A DNA stretch of 63,124 nucleotides, filler included, from Reclinomonas americana ATCC 50394 (Eukaryota): NCBI GenBank assembly GCA_048213135.1. It is 22 parts of 22 records of this genome, joined end to end, with 100 filler letters (N's around TTAATTAATTAA, not from the genome) between each part and the next. Parts side by side here need not be neighbours in the genome. Positions count along the whole stretch, not along the records: positions 37,766 to 44,623 come from AFZH01022608.1; positions 44,724 to 47,305 come from AFZH01022609.1; positions 47,406 to 53,245 come from AFZH01022610.1; 19 more parts are not named here. The stretch is one strand, 5' to 3'. Below, piece by piece: positions 37,666-50,157 of this stretch; within the stretch, counting starts at the first letter, position 1, and each line of letters starts with the position of its first letter. Under the pieces are notes generated by a model. The model did no database searches, was not told the DNA's origin, and saw only the letters and a program-made list of their open reading frames with translations. A program made the translations under genes and the position numbers.

Positions 37666-37842
37666 NNNNNNNNNNNNNNNNNNNNNNNNNNNNNNNNNNN
37701 NNNNNNNNNTTAATTAATTAANNNNNNNNNNNNNNNNNNNNNNNNNNNNNNNNNNNNNNNNNNNNCCCTCGCACACACACTTTTCCTCTCTCTCACACAC
37801 TCTCCTCTCTCTCTCCCCCTCTGTGTGTGTGTTGTGCCGTAG

Positions 37843-39507
37843 AACGCTGCCAATGAGGCGCGACAGCTGGTGCGCAGTCTGGCTGCGGATTTGCGCATGT
37901 CGGTGAGTTGTCACTCTCTCTCTCTCTCTCTCGTTCTCTCTCTCTCACACACATGTGGCACCCTCTCCCTCGCGTGCAGAAGTGGGAAATGTTGCGACTC
38001 ACGCAGCAGGAGCTCGATGAGCTCTACAATCGCACGTGTATGATGTCTGAGAGGAACGAGCCCGAGGTCATGGTGAGTCTTCTCCTCTCGTTTTGTTGTT
38101 GGTGTTTCCAGCTGTGTGTGTTGACTGATCGCTCCTCTTGTGTGCTGCGACAGTTGACGTACGATCAGTTCCGCGAGGTGGCAAGTGCGTTGCCGGCGGA
38201 GAAGGCGGCCTTTTTCTTCTCGCCTCGCACCTTTGCGCAGTTGCCGCACGACGAGGAGGGGCGCATCGATGCCAAGCCCTTTTTCAACTTTCTCATTCGC
38301 AAGAGTTGAGTGCGACGCGTGCGCTTGCTGTTCACTCGACACTCGCTCACTCTGGTGTTGCGATAGTGGCCATGATGGAGTGGAGATTAACCGTGTCGCC
38401 GTTCGACTCCAAGTGCAACGGAACGCTGTCGGCCATTGATGTGACGGCCATGCTGCGGTCGTTTATCGGCACCCAGCAAGTGCCGGCCCTCAGCTTTGTG
38501 CCGCCATCGATGGTGCCGCACCACATTGTCACGGGGCGCGCCAAGCTCTTCTTCTTCTGCGACCCGCTGGGACGAGGCCACTTGGTCATCAAGGACCTCA
38601 TGACGAGTCCGGCGTTTGCGGAGCTGATGGAGGTGGTGCACACGGCGGTGCCTGACGACGACATGTTGTCCGCCAACTGGTTCTCGCTGGAGAACACGCG
38701 TCGGTTGATTGGTGTGTGTGCTCTTCAAGCAGGTGGGCGGTGTCGATGAATGCATACTCAACGCGCGGGTTGCACTTCCAGGTCATTTCACGGAGCTTGA
38801 CTTGGACCACGATGGATACCTGTCGCTGGAGGACATGCGCGTCTTCAACGGCTCCTCGATGACCGAAATGTTCTTGCAGCGCGCCTTCGAGGAGCTGGAC
38901 GTGAGGGACCAGCGCATGGTTCCGTTTTTTTGCGCAGCTTGCCTGAGTGTCGGTTTCGCATGTCCCTCACTCACTCACTTGCGTGCGGCTCGCAGAACTT
39001 TGAGGCGTTTGTGCGTCTCGTGTTGGCCATTGAGAACAGGCAGACGTTCGAGGGTCTCAAGTTCCACTGGAAAGTCCTCGACGTGGACAAGAAGGGCTAC
39101 ATTACGCTGGCCACACTCAACTTGTTCTTCAGGGTGCGAACTACCCTTTGCCCATCTCTGCATCTCAGTGCTGATCGCTTTCTTTGCGCTCCACAGGAGG
39201 TGTTTGAGCGATTCCGCCTCGAGACGCCACCGTCGGACGATTGGACCTTTGAGGATGTGCTGGTGAGTGCGACAAACTACACCGCCCATACACCGAACCG
39301 CGCTCTGACTTCTCCTCGTCTCCCGCCCAGTCGGAGATGTACGATATGGTGAACCCGGCCGACCCACTGCGCATCACGTTTGACGACATTTTCCGATCCG
39401 GCAACGGGCACTACTTTGTTGGCAACATGACCGACGTCCGAGCCTTCCGCAACTACGAGAATCGCGAGGCACTTGCCACTGGCCAGATCGACGAGGGAGA
39501 AGACTGA
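37843..39507 (+). CDS. PPP2R3C: PP2A regulatory subunit B'' gamma (TONNEAU2/FASS-like), 5' incomplete
   Basis: KLFFFCDPLGRG, NWFS, EF-hand DLDHDGYLS, VLAIENR, WKVLDVDKKGYI, EMYDMVNPADPLRI, YENRE across GT..AG exons. Confidence 0.88.
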
Positions 39508-39638
39508 GTGGCCATAAAAAGGAAGCCTCACGAGTGACAAACGTCTCATCTGCTGTCCGTCCGGCGATCGCGTCTCTGTGTTTGTTGCTCGTGGAACGCA
39601 TAGTGCGCCTGGTTTGAGTGCATACACAGACACACACA

Positions 39639-41106
39639 ATGTCAGGCCGAACATCCGACATGCAGACTGTGAAGCTGAAGAAGGGTGCGCTTGCTCACAC
39701 TCGAATCCTCACTCGCATTCGCACTCTCTCACTCTCTTACACACACACTCGCAGGTGGCAAGACCTTTGAGGTGTGCATGTGTGTGTGTGTTGTGTGCTA
39801 GTGACTGACACAGATGCTCATCACATGCGACGCACAGCTGCTGGTGCAACCCGACTCTGTGGAGGTATGTGTGGTCACATGCGAGTGGTCACACACGCTC
39901 TCTCTCTCTCTCATTGTCACTCACTCGCACGCACACGCACACAGCCATATCGCGAGGGCAAGCTGTCTGTCGATCAAGTGCTGGTCTCCGATGAGATATG
40001 CCTCTTCTTCCTCGTCGTCTTGTCTCTGCGTCTCTCACATGATCGCTCACTGGTCGTCGATCGTCGATGCACATTTTCAGCAACGCGTCCAAGGGCGATC
40101 GCGCCAAGGCCGAAGACCTGCAGGCAGCGTTCGGCACCGATGTAAAGGCCACATGCATCGCGTCCATTCTGGTGAGAGTTGTCACGCACCCGTATTCGGA
40201 TCCTACCTCTTGCCACGCCAGCTACTGAAATGAGTTTTTTTTCGATCGGCAGGCCACTGGCGAGTTTCAGCAGAGCACGGAGGAGCGGCGGCGAAAGGTG
40301 GATGAGAAGCGGCAGCAGATCAGTTGCGCTCCCTCCCTCCTTGCTCCCTCTCCGGCGCTGCGTGATTGGTCATGACATGCGCGCGCAGTCGGATACATTG
40401 CCCGCAACTATGTCGACCCGAAGACCCGCCTGCCGCACCCCGCGATGCGTGTGGAACTGGCCTTTGAAGAGGGTTCGTATGTGTGTGTGTGTGTACTGTC
40501 GCTTCTGTTTGCGATCGCCTGACCGTCGTGCAGCCAAGCCCAAGATCGACCCGGAGGTGCCGGCCGAGCGTCAGGCTCCCGACATTCTCAAGCGCCTGCA
40601 GGGTCTCCTCTCGTTCGCCAAGATCGCCGACCTGGAGGGCTCAGTCACAGGTTCGACGTTCTGTGTTTCTGCGAGTACGCACCCGCACGCGCGCACTCAC
40701 CAACCAACCGCTCCACAGTGCCGACCAAGCACATTGGCGTGGCGAGCAGCATTTTGTACAAGTGGTGCCGCGTCGGCAACGAGACCTACGGCGACGGGTG
40801 TGTGTACGAGGTGGCTCTGGCGCCCGCCGACTTTGATGCATTCATGGTGGACTTGACGCGCGCCACGGGCGGCGAGTTCGAGTTCAACATTGCTGGCGTT
40901 GCGTGTGGATGTTCTCGTCGGTGTTTTGCTGCACAGATCGTCACTGACGTTGTGCGCAGGCTCCGACGCCTGGAGTCACCGCAGCAGCCGGTGGCAGCGA
41001 AAAGGGTGGCAAGAAGGGCGGCAAGAAGGGTCGCGGCAGCACCGGGGGCGACGAAGGCGGCAGCGGCAGCGGCAGTGGAGGCAAGAAGGGCGGACGTCGC
41101 AAGTGA
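39639..41106 (+). CDS. SBDS: SBDS/Sdo1-family ribosome maturation factor, archaeal-like sequence
   Basis: GKTFE, [61 protein letters not shown]/K-rich tail. Confidence 0.88.
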
Positions 41107-41296
41107 CCAAGCACCACCAGTTCAGTTTTTTTCTTTACTCGGGGTTTCCCCGTTCCCGCACGCACTGTTTGATGTACACCCAAAGTAGCAGCAAGAGAGA
41201 CTCGCATACGACGACGGCCGAAGGTAGTGATCGGTTCGTCCTGTTTGTGTAAGTGAGTGACGGAGAGTGAATCGATCGAGAGGATCGCGGCCAGCC

Positions 41297-44200
41297 ATGC
41301 TGCTTCCCCTGCTGCGACACCTGTCCACTCCATTACGCACAGTCAAGTACGTCCACACACGTGTGTGTGGGAGAGAGAGAGGGAGACTTACACAGCCTCG
41401 TCTACAGTCGAGCATGGTTCTCCACACAGCAGCAACAGCGCGTGCTGATCGTCGATGTGCCTGGGTGCCTTGTGGCGGCCTCGTCACCTGCATTTGCCGC
41501 GGCAGTGCCTGCGGCATTCGCCACTGACGGAGGCCACGGACCGGCGACATCGATGCGTGCATTGCATGCATTGTTGCATGCACTGCCCAAGTGGAGAGAG
41601 CAGAACGGGCCTCCGTCGGCTGACACACTTGGTCAGTGCACGAGTGAGGGAGGAGAGAGGGAGAAGAGGGAAGGCAGCACACGCTCATGTGATTCCCTTC
41701 CGTGTTCAGTGATTGTTTTCGGCGATGGGATGCACAGTGGCCAGCGATCGCACGTGGACAAGGTGGTGATGGAGCAGCAGAATGCGTTTCGCGAAGTGTG
41801 TCAGGTTTGTGCGCCCACTGCTGCTGCTGCTGCTGGACGGGCGAAGCACTCAATTGTTTTCGTCGTGCAAGGCGTTTGGCGTGCCATTCGTGCAGGCGGA
41901 GAACACGGGCACGGGCATCGTCAACGTGATCGCCGGTGTGGTGGCCGAGGCCAAGGAGCAGAAAGTGCCGGTGAGTGTGCGTGCAGGCGAGTGAGGGTGA
42001 ACACGGGTGGTAACGCGGCGTGCGTTGTGCAGGCCTCGATCTTCACGCCAAACGTGATGTTGTGGCAGCTGGTCAGCGATCCGCTGGTGACGGTTGTGGA
42101 TCCGGCGTCGTCTCGTGTGTACGGTCAGTGGTGCGCGCCACGTGCACGACAGCGGAACGCGTCTCCCTCACACCATCTCAATGCGCGCAGATGAGGCCAC
42201 TGTGAAGGCCGAGATGCTGGTCCCTCCGTCGTTGGTGCGCGACATGCTCTGCCTGACCGGCGACGGATCGACAAGTTCGTCACTCTCGCGTTTTCTAGTG
42301 AAGGTATGCGCTGACGTGCTGTTGCAGATGGCCGCGGAGTGCTCGGCCTGTCGAAAAAAGCCGCCGCTGAGTTGCTTCAGCAGTTCCCATCGATGGAGGC
42401 GGTGCTGGCTGGGCGGCAAAACATTGCAAGTCGGAAAACACGGGAACTGTTGCGTCGGAGGCAAGCGGTCGCGAACTCGCTGACTGACTGGTCGACTGAT
42501 TTGTCTTGGTGGGATTGCAGCATTCGCAGCCATGCAGCGCACCTGTCGCGCTGTGTTGGCGAGTATGCGATCGATCCGCACATGTTCCCTGACTTGCAGT
42601 CGTTTGCGTGGCCGGCGTGGACACCCGGCGATCAGGTCCCTCATCGCCAGTCGACCGCGTTGCTTCGTTGCACAGTGTAGCACAACTCACTGTGTAGTGT
42701 TGCGCAGGCGGAGCAAGTGTGCCGTCGATATCAGCTCGAATGGTTCCTCACGCAGCAACAACAACAGCTGCAACAGCAGCAGTTGGCATCTGCGGCAGCA
42801 GCCGTCGACGCCGACAAGATTGGATTCGATGGGACCACGGGTCACGTGCTGTCTCGTTCCGAGCATCGCGGTTGCGTCGTGCGCGCACACACGCACAATC
42901 TCTTCATCTTAGACAGTCTCTTTCTGATCGTGTTCGTGACTGGAAGCAGAGCCCGACGACAGCGTGCACGGTCGCTTCCAGCGACTAATGGCACTGCCCA
43001 TGTGGGCCGAGGTGCCTGCGGTGTTTGGCAACGCACGCTACCGGTCGATTCGTACCGTCGAGGCCTTTGAGGAGTGGGTTGCAGAGCATGCAGCTCCGGG
43101 TGGTGTTGCGTTTTCTGGGGCGAAGGTTGACTTGTGTGTGAGTGGTTTCGCTGCTGCTTCTCACTCCACGATCGAGCGCAGGTGATTAGCATCCACGCGC
43201 AAGTCTCGCACCCCAACGAGCACGAACAGACGCTGGGTGTGTGTGCGAGTGTGTATGTGTGTATGTGCGCCTCCGTCTGTGCGCATCGTCTCACCTTCTC
43301 GCGCAGCTGGTGTGGCCTTGTGCAGTATCCGCGGCGATGCGTGTTACGTGCCGCATCTGTCACCGTCGGCCTACCCGGCCTCTGCCGACTCTACTGCCGG
43401 CGATATGGGCACTCGCTTGTGGAATGCCGTGCGACGCGTACTCACCGATCCAACCATTCACAAGGTCGGGCACGACATGAAGGAGCAGCTGGAGGCGCTG
43501 TACAACTACAATGTGGACGGTTGGTGGCTGCGCACACATGTTCGTGACATTCGACTGGGCGATTGAGAATGCGTGCCTTTGTGTTGCAGTGCAACCCTAC
43601 GATGATACCATGGTCATGTCGTACTGTCTGGACTGCGGCAAGCACCGACACGATCTCCAGCTGCTGGTGGAGAAGTTGCTCGACGTGCACGACGTGACTC
43701 CCGAGGGCGAGGTTTGTCTGTTCACAGAGCAAGGCATTGCCTTGTTGCTGACAAAGGTGTGGCAGATGGTGGGCAGCGGGCGCAAAATGATGCCGTTTGC
43801 GGACGTGGAGCTGGACATTGCCACGCGCTTTGTGTGCGAACGTGCATTTTACAACTTGCGGTGAGCACGCCTGTCTCGAGAGTGAAGGCGGGCCGTGTAC
43901 TGACAGAGTTGTGCGCGCAGCTTGTACCAACTGCTGGCCACACGCATGGTGGAAGACGCAGCGCGGTCGCGATTCTACAGCGACATTGAGTTGCCGTTGG
44001 TGGAAACACTCAAATGCATGGAGCTGACCGGCGTGCTGGTGGACTCGAATGCACTGGACAAGCTGGGTGCCGATCTCAACGCCCGATTGGACATTGTGAC
44101 CAAGAGCATCTACGCCGCGGCCGGTCGCGAATTCAAGATCAACTCGCCAAAACAGCTCGGTGAAATCATTTTTGACGTGCAGGTGGAAAAGGTCGACAAC

Positions 44201-45140
44201 CGCCTTGCCAAGCGCCTGCCCGGTGGCACGTGGCAGACCGACTCGGAGGTACTCGAGAAGCTCAAGGCCAAGGGTATTCGTGTGCCGTTCGTTTGCCAAA
44301 AAGCCGCGGTGATTGTCAACACTCATACTTTATTCGTCGCAGGTCACAAGTTGGCGACACTGGTGCTGGAACACCGTCGCCTCTCCAAACTGCACTCGAC
44401 ATACGTCAAGGGTCTCTCTGTGCGCATCGATCCCACCACTGGGCGCATTCATACGACGTTCCAGAATGCACTCACCAACACTGGTAAGCGTGTGTGTCAA
44501 CTGCTGATGTGCGAAGTGCGTGTGCTGAGTTGCGTCGTCGCAGGGCGACTGAGCTCGGTCGATCCCAACTTGCAAAACATTCCGGCTCGTACCGAAGGTT
44601 TTTACTGCGCACGCGATACACTGNNNNNNNNNNNNNNNNNNNNNNNNNNNNNNNNNNNNNNNNNNNNTTAATTAATTAANNNNNNNNNNNNNNNNNNNNN
44701 NNNNNNNNNNNNNNNNNNNNNNNTGGAGACGCTGGTGAGTACTCCGTACCGGTATGCCTCCTTCCTTACACGCACGTGCTAACACACTCGTGACGCAGTT
44801 TGGACGACGATGCCACATTCCGCAGATTCATTCGCAAACCCCAGCCATTCGCTCATTTGCCGAGCGCGCCGCCATCAACACTCCCATTCAGGGCTCGTCG
44901 GCCGACATCACCAAGATTGCGATGAACCGTGTGCACGCCATGCTCGAGTCGCAGCGACCGAGATTGCGAACGCGCATGCTGTTGCAGGTGCACGACGAAC
45001 TGGTGTTCGAGGTCCCCGACGAGGAGCTCGACGAGGTCACGCCCATCATCAAGCGCCTCATGGAGGGCGCTGTCGACGGCGTGAACTTTGAGGTGCCACT
45101 CATTGTCGAGACCGAATGCAGCAGCGCGTGGACCAAATAG
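41297..45140 (+). CDS. polA: Family A DNA polymerase, bacterial PolI-like, probably mitochondrial; motifs A/B in gap
   Basis: Presequence-like N-terminus. Degenerate 5'-3' and 3'-5' exonuclease domains. FKINSPKQLG, KLHSTY, GRIHTTF..TGRLSSVDPNLQNIP, AERAAINTPIQGS, LLQVHDELVFE. Confidence 0.92.
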
Positions 45141-45165
45141 TAAAACCGCAAGAGGAATCAATCAC

Positions 45166-46551
45166 CTACGGCTGTGGGTCACCATCGACAAAGTTCCACA
45201 TGTAGATGCTGTAGTCGGCGCCAGCGGTGCCCACCAAGCCCTGCCAACGCAAGTAAGATCGACCGAGCAGTGGCACCAGGAGAAACCAAGAGTAGCCTAT
45301 CTCACCAGCATGTGCACATTCCAGTCCCAGCAGGTGGTCGGCAGGTTGTGTGGCTGGTACGACTTGAGATTTTCGACCGACGATCCCTGGTGTGCGTGTT
45401 GAGTCTCAGAGACCGATGAGGGAAGGACAACGAGGGCGATGTACTGCACCTCCACCACGGCACCACGCGTCCTGCTGGCACTCTCACTGGCCTCCCTGCA
45501 GCACACAATCAGCAACGCAGAGAAGAGTGCATGAACACGAGGAGACAAACAAACCGCTGGCCGCTGCTCTTCGTCTCCTGCGCCGCACCGACGCTGCGCG
45601 ACACATTCCACAAATGCCAGTACGTGTCGGTGCTGCTCGATCCCAGCAGGTGCTCGTCGTGTGGCGAAAAGTGCACATCCGACACCGACAAGCTGTGCGC
45701 CTGCCACGAGTCCACCGGCTTGCGCAGCGTTCGCAGATCCCACAGCGTGATCTGCCCAAACTCGTCGCCGACCGCCATGAGGTTCTCGTTGTACGGACTG
45801 CTCAAAGCACACACGTGTGGGCGGATGTCATGAAGCGCCACAAGACAATCGGCGCAACTTGATGCTCATCGACGAAAAGAGCGTCTCTTGCGGCGGAGTC
45901 ACCGCGTAGATCATGTTCTTCTCGTCGGTGTTCCACATCTGGATCTGTGCGTCCATGGGAGCCACCAGCAGCAGCTTGCGATTCTGTGGATGATAGTGCA
46001 CATCGAGGAGCGGCTGGCTGCTCTCGTGCGAGTGCGCAAACACCGGCTGACTCGCCGACACATCCCACAGCGCCAGCGTGGAGTCCTTTGACACACTTGC
46101 GAACTGATCGGCATGATGCGGACTGCATCGCACATCTTCCACAGCCATCGAATGGAACGTGAAACGCCGCAGTGGTCCCTTCTCCAGGTTCGCCGTGCTC
46201 CACAATCGCAACACCGGATCCGTGTGACAAGTGAACAGAAATGCATTGTACGCCGAGCTCTCGCTCATGCGAATGCCGCCCGTGCGCAGTGGCACCGAGG
46301 CGCGCTCCTCCAGCGTTCCCTTCTCCGTGAGATCCCACACATTCAGCTGGCCAAAGCTACGCACATGCATGCGCATGAGAACTGCATGTGACACAAACAA
46401 GTGCGTGCACGAGACTCACAACTCGGCGTCTTGTTGATCGGCGCTCAGGCCCAACACTGTGTGTGCATCCCAGTGCGAAAAGTGAAAGTCGGAGAGCACA
46501 TACTCGGTCTCCAGGCGCAGCATCTGATGGTGTGACAGCGAAAGGGGACAT
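45166..46551 (-). CDS. WD40-repeat protein (PEX7/RBBP4-like fold), unrelated to the array
   Basis: FASVSKDSTLALWD, GQITLWDLR, AHSLSVSDVHFSPH..LLGSSSTD, TAGADYSIYMWN. Start uncertain. Confidence 0.7.
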
Positions 46552-46764
46552 GAAAGTCCTGCGCGCGTGTGTGTGTTTGTGCTTGTGTTGTCGGGTTGTG
46601 CAAGGTTCGTGTCGAGTCTTGTGCTACTGCTCTGTTATCGCTCGATCGCATGTGTGTGTTGTGGCAAGGACGGTGCCGCGTGCGTGAGAGAGAGAGAGAG
46701 GGAAATGTCGGCGCTCTTCCCTCACTCTCACGCGCCTTCGTATGTGTGCGCGTTTACAGAGAGA

Positions 46765-49700
46765 ATGTCGGCGTTCGAGGAGCTGGGTGTCATGCCCGAG
46801 TTGATCCAGGCCATTGAGGAAATGGGTACGTTCTTTGTGTAGGTGAATGCACATCGGAATGCAAGTCGCTTACTTGTCTGTGTAAAAACGAATGACAGGA
46901 TGGGTGCGTGGTCGCTTTCCGTTGACGAAGCTTCCACAGTGCGTCTCACTGCGTGTTGCCACAGGTGTTGCCGACCGATGTGCAGCAGGAGGCGATCCCT
47001 CTCATTCTCGGAGGTGGCGACGTTCTTGCTGTTTCGTTCTCTCTCCCCGCTCTCTCCTACTCTCTCCACTTGCTGCTGTTGTGTTCGCTGATCGTGCATC
47101 AATAGGCGGCTGAGACTGGCAGTGGCAAGACTGGAGTTTCGTCGGAGAGGCGATCTATTTGCGGTCTCTCCCTCTCTCGATGACTGACTGCGCTGCGTGT
47201 TGTCAGGCGTTCTGTTTGCCAGCCATTCAGATTGTCCACGAGACGCTGACGGCGTCACGACGTGCTGTGGCCAGTGCCAGTGACAGCGGACCGAGTTGCG
47301 TGGTGNNNNNNNNNNNNNNNNNNNNNNNNNNNNNNNNNNNNNNNNNNNNTTAATTAATTAANNNNNNNNNNNNNNNNNNNNNNNNNNNNNNNNNNNNNNN
47401 NNNNNCCGAGATTGGTGATGATTGGAGGTGAGGAGACTGATTGTTGTTTGTCGTGCAGGCAAGTACTTTTACGAGGCTCGCTTCTCCGATGAGGGTCTCT
47501 CGCGCGTCGGCTGGGCCACATCGGCGGCCGGCTTCACCATTGGCACCGACCGACAGGTTTGTTGTACACATGTGATTTTGTGTGCAGGAAGTTGGAGGTC
47601 CATTGTTTGACCACCCATCGTCGCAGAGCTTTGGCTTTGGCGGCACCGGCAAAAAGTCTCATGGCGGTCAGTTCGAGGACTATGGAGAGAAGTTTGGCAT
47701 GGGAGATGTGCTAGGCGTGTGCGTCGACTTGCACGACGAGTTCACCATCTCGTTCACCAAGAACGGTGTGCACTGCTTGGCATGCCACTCTACTGTACTG
47801 CTCTCCTCTTCTTCCTCATATTGCATCCGCAGGCAAGGACTTGGGTGTGGCATTCGAGATTCCAGAGGGACTGAGGAATGCCGTGTTCTACCCGGCCTGT
47901 ACGTTGAAGGTGGGTTTATATGTGAGGCTGTCTATGTGTGTGTCACTCAACGCGACTTGCAGAACTCGGAGGTGTACTTCAACTTTGGAGCTGCACGCAG
48001 CGACTTCTCCGTGCCGCGCGGCTACCGTTTCATCAACCAGGCGCAAAAGTCGCACACGAATCTGGCCGTGGAAGCCGCCGGTGGCTCGCAGAAGGGCGGC
48101 GTGTGCGTTTTGTGTGATCGCCTCGTCATTCCCTGTCCACTTCTGTCCTCACTCTGTGACGTTTGTGTGTGTGCCACACGCAGGCGCACGCCGAGTGTGC
48201 TGATTATTGAGCCGACTCGCGAGCTTGCCGAGCAGGTCTCGCAGGAGATTGAGAAATTCAAGGTTCACCTCTCGCACCCGTCCATCAGCCACACGCTGGC
48301 TGTTGGTGGTGTGGAAACCGCGCAACTGGGTCGAGTTTCGTCCAGCACACCTTCTCGTGATGACATGCACGACTGCTGCTGCTCACGAATGTGTGGGTGC
48401 AGGAACTGCAAAACAGAGGCTGCGATATTCTCATTGGATCGCCGGGCAAGCTGGTGGATCTGCTCGACAGCGGCAAGCTGGACCTGTCGGGCGTGCAGTT
48501 CTTCATCTTGGACGAGGCCGATCGTCTCATCAGCCCCGAGAGCGTGGAGGAAATCATGAAGTTCTATCGGGCCATTCCCAAGGTTGCTCGCCGCCTGCAG
48601 GTGAAGAATGACAGTGCATTTTTGCCGTCGCACGCAGGGAGGAAACGACTGACAGGCACACGTGTGAACAGGTTCTGCTCTTCTCGGCCACGCTGCACTC
48701 GCCGGAGATTATTGAGTTTGCCGAAAAGATCACTGTCAATCCGATCTGGGTCGATCTGAAGGGCAAGGACTCGGTGCCGGATGTGAGTGACACGTGCATT
48801 TCGTTGTTGTTCCCCCCACTGAACTCGCTCACCGTGGTCTCCGTGAGCAGACTGTACATCACACAAAAGTGGTCATTGACCCGAAGGGCGACACGCAGTG
48901 GGGCGATGCGCCCACTGACCGCATTCACATTGCTGGTGCGTATGTGTTTCTGTGTCAACCCTCTGCTCCCTACCGCCGCTGAAAACTCGGTCGTGCTCTG
49001 TAGACGGCGTGCGACCGGGCCTCATGACACCGGAGGCATTGAGCGAGGCGATCAAGAAGCTGAAGATGAAGAAGATTGTCGAGTTGCTGGACAGATTCAA
49101 CATGGACCAGGTGATGATCTTTTGCCGTACCAAGGTCGACTGCGACAACCTGGAGGATTATTTGGTGAAGCGCGGTGGTGGCACCAAGTGTTGCGTCCCA
49201 TTCACCACGTGTGCGTATTGATGTATGCGTGTGCGACTGACACGGACGTGCATCGCAGTCAAGGGCAAGGCCGAAAAGGGCAAGGAGAACATCTACTCGT
49301 GTGTGGTGCTGCACGGCGATCGCAATGCACAGGAGAGACGACAGAATCTGGCAGTTGCGGCGCCCTCTTGTGTCAGAGAGAGAATGAGAGAGCGCGCACG
49401 TCACTGATGATGCCACGACACACACAGGCGTTCAAGGACAGTGACGTGAGAATTTTGATTTGTACCGACGTGGCGGCACGTGGTATTGACGTGCAGGAGC
49501 TGCCGTATGTCATTAGTTGCGTGCAATGCGCATTGTCGTGCAACATACTGGTGCGTGAGACTCAATACGTCGGCGACCGACAGACATGACGCTCCCCGAC
49601 AAACCGGAGGATTACGTGCATCGTGTGGGTCGTGTGGGTCGTGCCGAGGCAATGGGTATGGCCGTCTCCCTGGTCGGCACCGAGAAGGAGAAAGTGTGGT

Positions 49701-50105
49701 ACCACACGTGCGCCAGTCGCGGCCGAGGGTGCACCAACACGCGTCTCGTGCCGCAAGGTGGCTGTGCCATCTGGTACGACGAACCGGAGCTGCTGGCGGC
49801 CATTGAGACACGAATTCAGGCCTCCATCCCCACTCTGGACGATTTCCTGGCCGGCGGTGGCAGTGGCCCCAGTGGAAGTGGAGGTCGGTTTTCGACGCAC
49901 ATGTGTCGGTTGCTTGCGACGCTCACGTTTTGTGTTGTGTGTCCGCGCAGTGGTGTACGGCAAGTCGCGCGAGTCGAGCGAGGCGTCGCACCGCATGGCT
50001 GCGCTGGTCGAGTCACTGCGACCCTCTGTACGACAGCTGGCCGAGCTGGAGTCCAACGCACAGGACATGTACTGGCGCATCAAGCGCGGGGAGATGTTCC
50101 GATGA
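46765..50105 (+). CDS. DDX1: DEAD-box helicase DDX1 (SPRY insertion)
   Basis: [27 protein letters not shown] ([15 protein letters not shown]), [44 protein letters not shown]. Confidence 0.96.
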
Positions 50106-50157
50106 TGATGATGGGGCACACGAATTCTGTGTGGTATGTGACTTGAGTGAACTGTCT

